Part shown: in pieces, positions 59,601 through 64,000 of the stretch | Layout of the letters: every line of letters begins with the position of its first letter | Numbering within the stretch: position 1 is the first letter of the stretch | NCBI GenBank assembly: GCA_964441265.1 | Contig: CAYYKJ010000005.1 | Coordinates: forward strand, 29,867 to 93,866 | Length of the DNA: 64,000 bases | Direction: 5' to 3' | From: an uncultured archaeon | GTDB taxonomy: Archaea; Aenigmatarchaeota; Aenigmatarchaeia; QMZP01; QMZT01 | Position numbers and translations under genes: made by a program | The notes under the pieces: generated by a model | Databases searched by the model: none | Seen by the model: the letters and a program-made list of their open reading frames with translations, nothing else | What the model was told of the DNA's origin: nothing

Positions 59601-59690
59601 AATTATTTATTCCCCGCGGGCAAAATCATAATATAAGTTTGACGGCCTGAACCAATAACACAAGCTGTCTCTCGAAACAGGGGGTGTCCG

Positions 59691-60962
59691 ATGGATTACG
59701 TTGATCTCAAGTACAAACCGAGCAGGGACGAGATAATCGCAGAGTTCCGCATGGAGCCGGAGGGAATCACCTTCAGGAAGGCCTGCAATGAGGTGGCCGC
59801 GGAGTCCTCAATAGGGACCTGGACCAAGGTTTCCACCATGAGTCCCTCGATAGCAAAGAAGCTGAAGCCGCACGTTTTCAATATTGATGAGAAGGAGAAG
59901 ACTTTCAAGGTTGCCTATCCGGTGGGGCTTTTCGAGCACGGGAGCATTCCCCAGCTGATGAGCTCCATCGGAGGGAACATATTCGGAATGAAGATCCTTA
60001 AGTCGCTGAGACTGGAGGACATACAATTCCCGGAGAATTACGTCCGGGGCTTCAGGGGCCCCGCTTTCGGGATAGAAGGTGTCAGGAAACGCCTGAGGAT
60101 ATGGGGACGTCCCCTCCTGGGCACCATAATAAAGCCGAAGGTGGGCCTGACACCCAGGCAGATGGCGGGGATAGCTCATGATGTCGCTGTCGGGGGTCTG
60201 GATTTCGTGAAGGATGACGAGAACCTCACCTCCATGAAATATTGCAGGTTCGAGAACCGCGTCCCCCTGATACTGGAGGCCTTGGACAAGGCAGAGGAGG
60301 AGACCGGCAGGAGGATCGGATATTCCCCCAACATAACTGGTCCCGTCGATGTGATGGAAGAGAGGGCATATTACGCCAAGAAGCACGGTAGCAGGTACGT
60401 GATGGTAGACGTGCTGACCACGGGCTGGTCAGGACTCCAGTATATGAGAAATCTGGACCTCGGCATGATAATACATGCCCACCGGGCCGGGCACGCCGCC
60501 TTCACGAGGAACCCGGAGCACGGAATCTCCATGCTCACGATAGCCAAGCTGTGCAGGCTCATAGGCGTGGACCAGATACACGTGGGGACTGCCCACGTGG
60601 GGAAGATGTCCGGGACGGCAGACGAGACATGCGAGATAGAAGACGAGATTGAGAGCAAGTTCATCACGGAGAAGGGCGGGGAGCACATACTCGAGCAGTT
60701 CTGGTACAAGATAAAGCCCACCCTGGCTGTCGCTTCGGGGGGACTCCATCCGGGAATGATACCCAAGCTCCTGGAGAGAATGGGATCCAACATAGTGATG
60801 CAGTTCGGGGGAGGATGCCACGGCCATCCCAAAGGACCGAAGAAGGGAGCGATGGCGATCCGTCAGGCGATGGAGGCGGCGAGGGATGATATCCCGCTCC
60901 CGGAGAAGGCCAGAGAAAACAAAGAGCTGAAACAGGCGATTGAGAAATGGGGTCCGGCCTGA
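59691..60962 (+). CDS. rbcL: ribulose-1,5-bisphosphate carboxylase large subunit, form III-like
   Basis: It has GTIIKPKVGL, GGLDFVKDDENL with the carbamylated lysine motif, HAHRAGHAAF and GGGCHGHP. No small-subunit gene is nearby. Confidence 0.9.
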   Translation: MDYVDLKYKPSRDEIIAEFRMEPEGITFRKACNEVAAESSIGTWTKVSTMSPSIAKKLKPHVFNIDEKEKTFKVAYPVGLFEHGSIPQLMSSIGGNIFGMKILKSLRLEDIQFPENYVRGFRGPAFGIEGVRKRLRIWGRPLLGTIIKPKVGLTPRQMAGIAHDVAVGGLDFVKDDENLTSMKYCRFENRVPLILEALDKAEEETGRRIGYSPNITGPVDVMEERAYYAKKHGSRYVMVDVLTTGWSGLQYMRNLDLGMIIHAHRAGHAAFTRNPEHGISMLTIAKLCRLIGVDQIHVGTAHVGKMSGTADETCEIEDEIESKFITEKGGEHILEQFWYKIKPTLAVASGGLHPGMIPKLLERMGSNIVMQFGGGCHGHPKGPKKGAMAIRQAMEAARDDIPLPEKARENKELKQAIEKWGPA

Positions 60963-61874
60963 TCACCCGAAGAATTTTCCCGCCGTTTCCAGAAACAGGT
61001 TCCATCTTTCCGTGTCGAACGCCTTGGGGTTTTCTTTTATGATCATTTCCGCCGTCTTTTTGTCCAGTCCCAGCGGATTCCTGCCAGTTATGTAACCCAG
61101 GTCCCTGCACATCACCTTCCCGGGTGTGCCCGAACAGTCGCAGAATTCGGTCATTCGCTTCATGACGTTCAGGTACCTTATCCTGCTTTCCGGGAAGAGG
61201 GTTGATACGGTCTTTGCCGCTTTGGCCAGGGCTTCTAGTGACTTTTCCACCCCGTCCTCCGGATGCCACATCGCTCCGGTGGGGCACTCCAGGACGCATC
61301 TCCGGCAGCCGCTGCAGTGCTCGTAATCTATGACCATCTTGCCTTCCGGCCCCCGGAATATCAGATCCTTCGGGCAGACCTCCGTGCAGGAACCGCAGGA
61401 GGTGCATTTCTTTTCGTCATATCTTGGCTGTGTATGTCGGTGTATATCCTTTTTGCCCTCCCTCGTCACGCAGCCCATCCCGAGGTTCTTCAGCGCGCCC
61501 GCGAATCCGGTGAGTATGTGGCCGGTTGCATGGGAAAGCACCAGCAGGGAATCGGCGTCTGCGAGTCTTTTGGGTATTTTTATCCCGTCCTTCTCGATAA
61601 ACGGCGTGTCTCCCGCGATCACCGGGGAGAATTCCCCGTATCCGTTCTTCCTGGCTATTTCCAGATATCCATCCTTCGTGTTCCTCCTGCTCCTGTAGAG
61701 TACGGTTGTGTCGAAAAGGAACGGCCTGCTGCCCTCGGACTCCAGCTTCTCGAGAACCGCCCTGACGTCCTTCACCGGAACAGGGGCTCCCCCTTTCTCT
61801 TCTCCGAGGTGCAGTTTGACCGCAACGCTTCCGGAAACATCAAACCGGGCGTCCGTAATGTTGTCGTAAAGCAT
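60963..61874 (-). CDS. DUF362-domain protein with 2x[4Fe-4S] ferredoxin insert
   Basis: It has CTSCGSCTEVCP and CSGCRRCVLECP cluster motifs within a DUF362-like frame. Confidence 0.7.
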   Translation of the reverse strand: MLYDNITDARFDVSGSVAVKLHLGEEKGGAPVPVKDVRAVLEKLESEGSRPFLFDTTVLYRSRRNTKDGYLEIARKNGYGEFSPVIAGDTPFIEKDGIKIPKRLADADSLLVLSHATGHILTGFAGALKNLGMGCVTREGKKDIHRHTQPRYDEKKCTSCGSCTEVCPKDLIFRGPEGKMVIDYEHCSGCRRCVLECPTGAMWHPEDGVEKSLEALAKAAKTVSTLFPESRIRYLNVMKRMTEFCDCSGTPGKVMCRDLGYITGRNPLGLDKKTAEMIIKENPKAFDTERWNLFLETAGKFFG

Positions 61875-61950
61875 GTTTTATCCTCTTTTCTCGGTAACTA
61901 ATTAAAGTATTCCCTGACCAAATAATAACATTGAGTGTTTTGGGGTTTAC

Positions 61951-63492
61951 ATGAAGCTCAAGGTAAGACTGCTCCCGCTGGACGCCGAGAAGCCCATAGT
62001 GGTTCTGAACAAGGATGATGCCGAGGAGATAGACGTGAGGCCGCTGGAGAGGGTCAGGATAAAGCACAACAAGCATACCTTCGTCGCCATTGTGAACACG
62101 ACCAAGAGGATGGTGGGCCAGGGGGAGATCGGGCTATATGAGGACATAATAGAGGACAACAGGATAAGGAGTTCCCAGACCGTCGAAGTCGAGGCGGCCG
62201 AGGCGCCCAGCTCCCTGTCTTTCATAAGGAAGAAGATAGAGGGCATGGTCCTCTCCAAAAAGGAGATCGAGAGCATAATAAAGGACACGGTTGAAAACAA
62301 CCTTTCCGACATCGAGATTGCCTCCTTCGTGACATCTCTCTACAACCACGGGATGACCATGAACGAGACTGCGAATCTCTCCATGGCCATGACCAAGACG
62401 GGAGACGTGCTGAAGCTCGGGAAGAAGGAGGTATACGACAAGCACAGCATAGGGGGCGTCCCGGGGGACAAGACCTCCATACTCACGGTTCCGGTGGTGG
62501 CCGCCGGGGGGCTCACCATACCCAAGACATCCTCCCGCGCGATAACCTCGCCCGCGGGCACGGCGGACAGGTTCGAGTGCATAGCCCCGGTGGAACTGGA
62601 CCTCGGGGAGATAAAGCGGGTCGTTAAGAAGACCAACGGCTGCCTGGTCTGGGGCGGTGCGGTCGACCTCGCCCCCGCCGATGACATGTTCATAAAGATA
62701 GAGTATCCCCTCTCCATAGACCCCTTCCTTCTGCCCTCCGTGATGTCCAAGAAGAGGGCCGTGGGCGCCAAATACCTGGTGGTGGACATACCCACCGGGG
62801 ACGAGGCCAAGATAAACACGAGCGAGGACTTCGAGAACCTCGCGGACAAGTTCGTCACCCTCGGAAAAAAGCTGGGCATAAAGGCCAACGCGATCTCCAC
62901 CTATGCCGACCAGCCGGTGGGTTACGGGATAGGACCTGCTCTGGAGGCCAGGGAGGCCCTGGCGACCATAAAGAAGGGACATGGTCCCCCGGACCTGGTG
63001 GACAAGGTGGCCACCCTCGCAGGGGTGCTGTTCTCCTTCTCCGGAGCGAAGGACGGGAAGTCACATGCGATGAGATTGCTCAGGTCGGGTAAGGCCTACA
63101 GGAAGCTCCGGGAGATAATAGAGGCCCAGGGAGGGGATCCGGGGATCGAGCCCTCCGACATTTCGGTGGGAAAAAGGAAGGCGTCCTTCCTCTCCAAGAA
63201 GAGCGGTAAGGTGCTCTGGATACACAACAAGGCGGTCGATGTCGTTGCCAGGGCGGCCGGCGCCCCCAAATACAAAGAAGCGGGCGTGTTGCTCAGGAAG
63301 AAGATCGGCGACAGGGTGAGGAAGGGGGAGAAGCTCTTCGAGATATACGCCAGGAACACCTCCAAGCTGAACAGTGCCCTGAAGATTTCGGAGAAGATGG
63401 AGCTGATGCGGGTGGGTAAGAAATCCACAGTCGCCCTGGAGAAATTCCCGAGCGGCGGGGAAGCGGAGAGGACGTTCATACTGGAGAGATGA
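61951..63492 (+). CDS. deoA: AMP phosphorylase (archaeal thymidine-phosphorylase family with N-terminal extension)
   Basis: A 513-aa protein with the N-terminal MKLKVRLLPLDAEKPIVVLNKDDAEEIDV extension, HSIGGVPGDKTS and TSSRAITSPAGTAD motifs. Confidence 0.85.
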   Translation: MKLKVRLLPLDAEKPIVVLNKDDAEEIDVRPLERVRIKHNKHTFVAIVNTTKRMVGQGEIGLYEDIIEDNRIRSSQTVEVEAAEAPSSLSFIRKKIEGMVLSKKEIESIIKDTVENNLSDIEIASFVTSLYNHGMTMNETANLSMAMTKTGDVLKLGKKEVYDKHSIGGVPGDKTSILTVPVVAAGGLTIPKTSSRAITSPAGTADRFECIAPVELDLGEIKRVVKKTNGCLVWGGAVDLAPADDMFIKIEYPLSIDPFLLPSVMSKKRAVGAKYLVVDIPTGDEAKINTSEDFENLADKFVTLGKKLGIKANAISTYADQPVGYGIGPALEAREALATIKKGHGPPDLVDKVATLAGVLFSFSGAKDGKSHAMRLLRSGKAYRKLREIIEAQGGDPGIEPSDISVGKRKASFLSKKSGKVLWIHNKAVDVVARAAGAPKYKEAGVLLRKKIGDRVRKGEKLFEIYARNTSKLNSALKISEKMELMRVGKKSTVALEKFPSGGEAERTFILER

Positions 63493-63495
63493 AGC

Positions 63496-64000
63496 ATGAG
63501 AAAGAAGATAATATTCGTTGTTCTGGACGGCGCCGGGGACAGGGGAAAGAACACCCCATTCCAGACGGCCTCCAAGCCCAACACAGACTCCCTCGCCAGG
63601 AGGGGGGTCTGCGGCCTGATCGACATAGGATACAGGAAGTACGTGGAATCGGACATAGGATACCTGACCCTGCTGGGGTTCTTCACGAAGGAGAATTACC
63701 CCGGGAGGGGATACCTCGAGGCGCTGGGGATAGACCTCAGACCAAAGAAGGGCGAGCTTTGCATACGGGGGAATTTCGCCACACTTGACGGGAACGGGAA
63801 CGTTGTCGACAGGAGAGCCGGAAGGGAGGAGACCGGCCTGGATGATGTGTGCGAGAAGCTCGACGGCATGGAGATCGACGGCATCAAAATCCACGTGAGG
63901 AAGGGGGCAGGTCATCGGGTGGTGCTGATGATGGAGGGGGACGTCTCCATGGACATCACCCCCAACGATCCCAAGATCGAGGGCAAACCGCTGCCCCAGA
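63496..64000 (+). CDS. apgM: cofactor-independent phosphoglycerate mutase, archaeal ApgM type (3' partial, runs off the window)
   Basis: My own translation is MRKKIIFVVLDGAGDRGKNTPFQTASKPNTDSLARRGVCGL...CIRGNFATLD...HRVVLMMEG. It is open to the end of the window and absent from the ORF track because no stop codon is reached. Confidence 0.8.
   Translation, partial: MRKKIIFVVLDGAGDRGKNTPFQTASKPNTDSLARRGVCGLIDIGYRKYVESDIGYLTLLGFFTKENYPGRGYLEALGIDLRPKKGELCIRGNFATLDGNGNVVDRRAGREETGLDDVCEKLDGMEIDGIKIHVRKGAGHRVVLMMEGDVSMDITPNDPKIEGKPLPQ

Noticed and set aside
1-64000. A search for rRNA genes, CRISPR arrays, transposases/integrases and prophage-like blocks.
   Set aside because: None were recognised. 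The only mobile-type element found is the DGR, and no IS-like inverted repeats or integrase motifs were seen by eye.

Overview
This looks like an archaeal contig, probably from a DPANN-like small-genome lineage; that placement is inference. Archaeal markers present are L7Ae-S28e-L24e, aEF-1beta, TFS, the RFC large subunit, Cdc48, aTrm56, TrpRS and CysRS. A/T-rich TATA boxes sit about 22-33 nt upstream of many start codons. The window is densely coded, with about 65 genes and no rRNA or CRISPR array. Four things stand out. (1) A complete diversity-generating retroelement lies at 54.5-57.3 kb, with target gene plus VR, TR, avd and a reverse transcriptase. All 14 TR/VR mismatches fall on TR adenines. 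The TR also carries two in-frame, hairpin-forming insertions absent from the VR, and a G13 tract sits at the avd/RT junction. (2) A 15.5-kb gene (31386..46916, minus strand) encodes a 5176-aa membrane-spanning protein. It has a subtilisin domain, a seven-blade RCC1 propeller, lectin-like and Ig-like modules, three ~884-aa super-repeats containing a perfect 648-bp duplication, one TM helix and a cytoplasmic HerA/DUF87-type P-loop ATPase. Long coiled-coil proteins and a wHTH-MinD pair flank it. (3) A 283-nt tRNA-Leu(UAA) gene appears to contain four introns. (4) A form III RuBisCO, AMP phosphorylase and ApgM cluster is present. Smaller items are a ParB-like/cysK/wHTH/cysS operon, a deoxyribosyltransferase-like/polyprenyl-synthase-like fusion, three genes whose conserved 5' ends are out of frame with any start codon, and a decayed PQQ-repeat gene. 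All function calls come from motif reading by eye; no database search was run.
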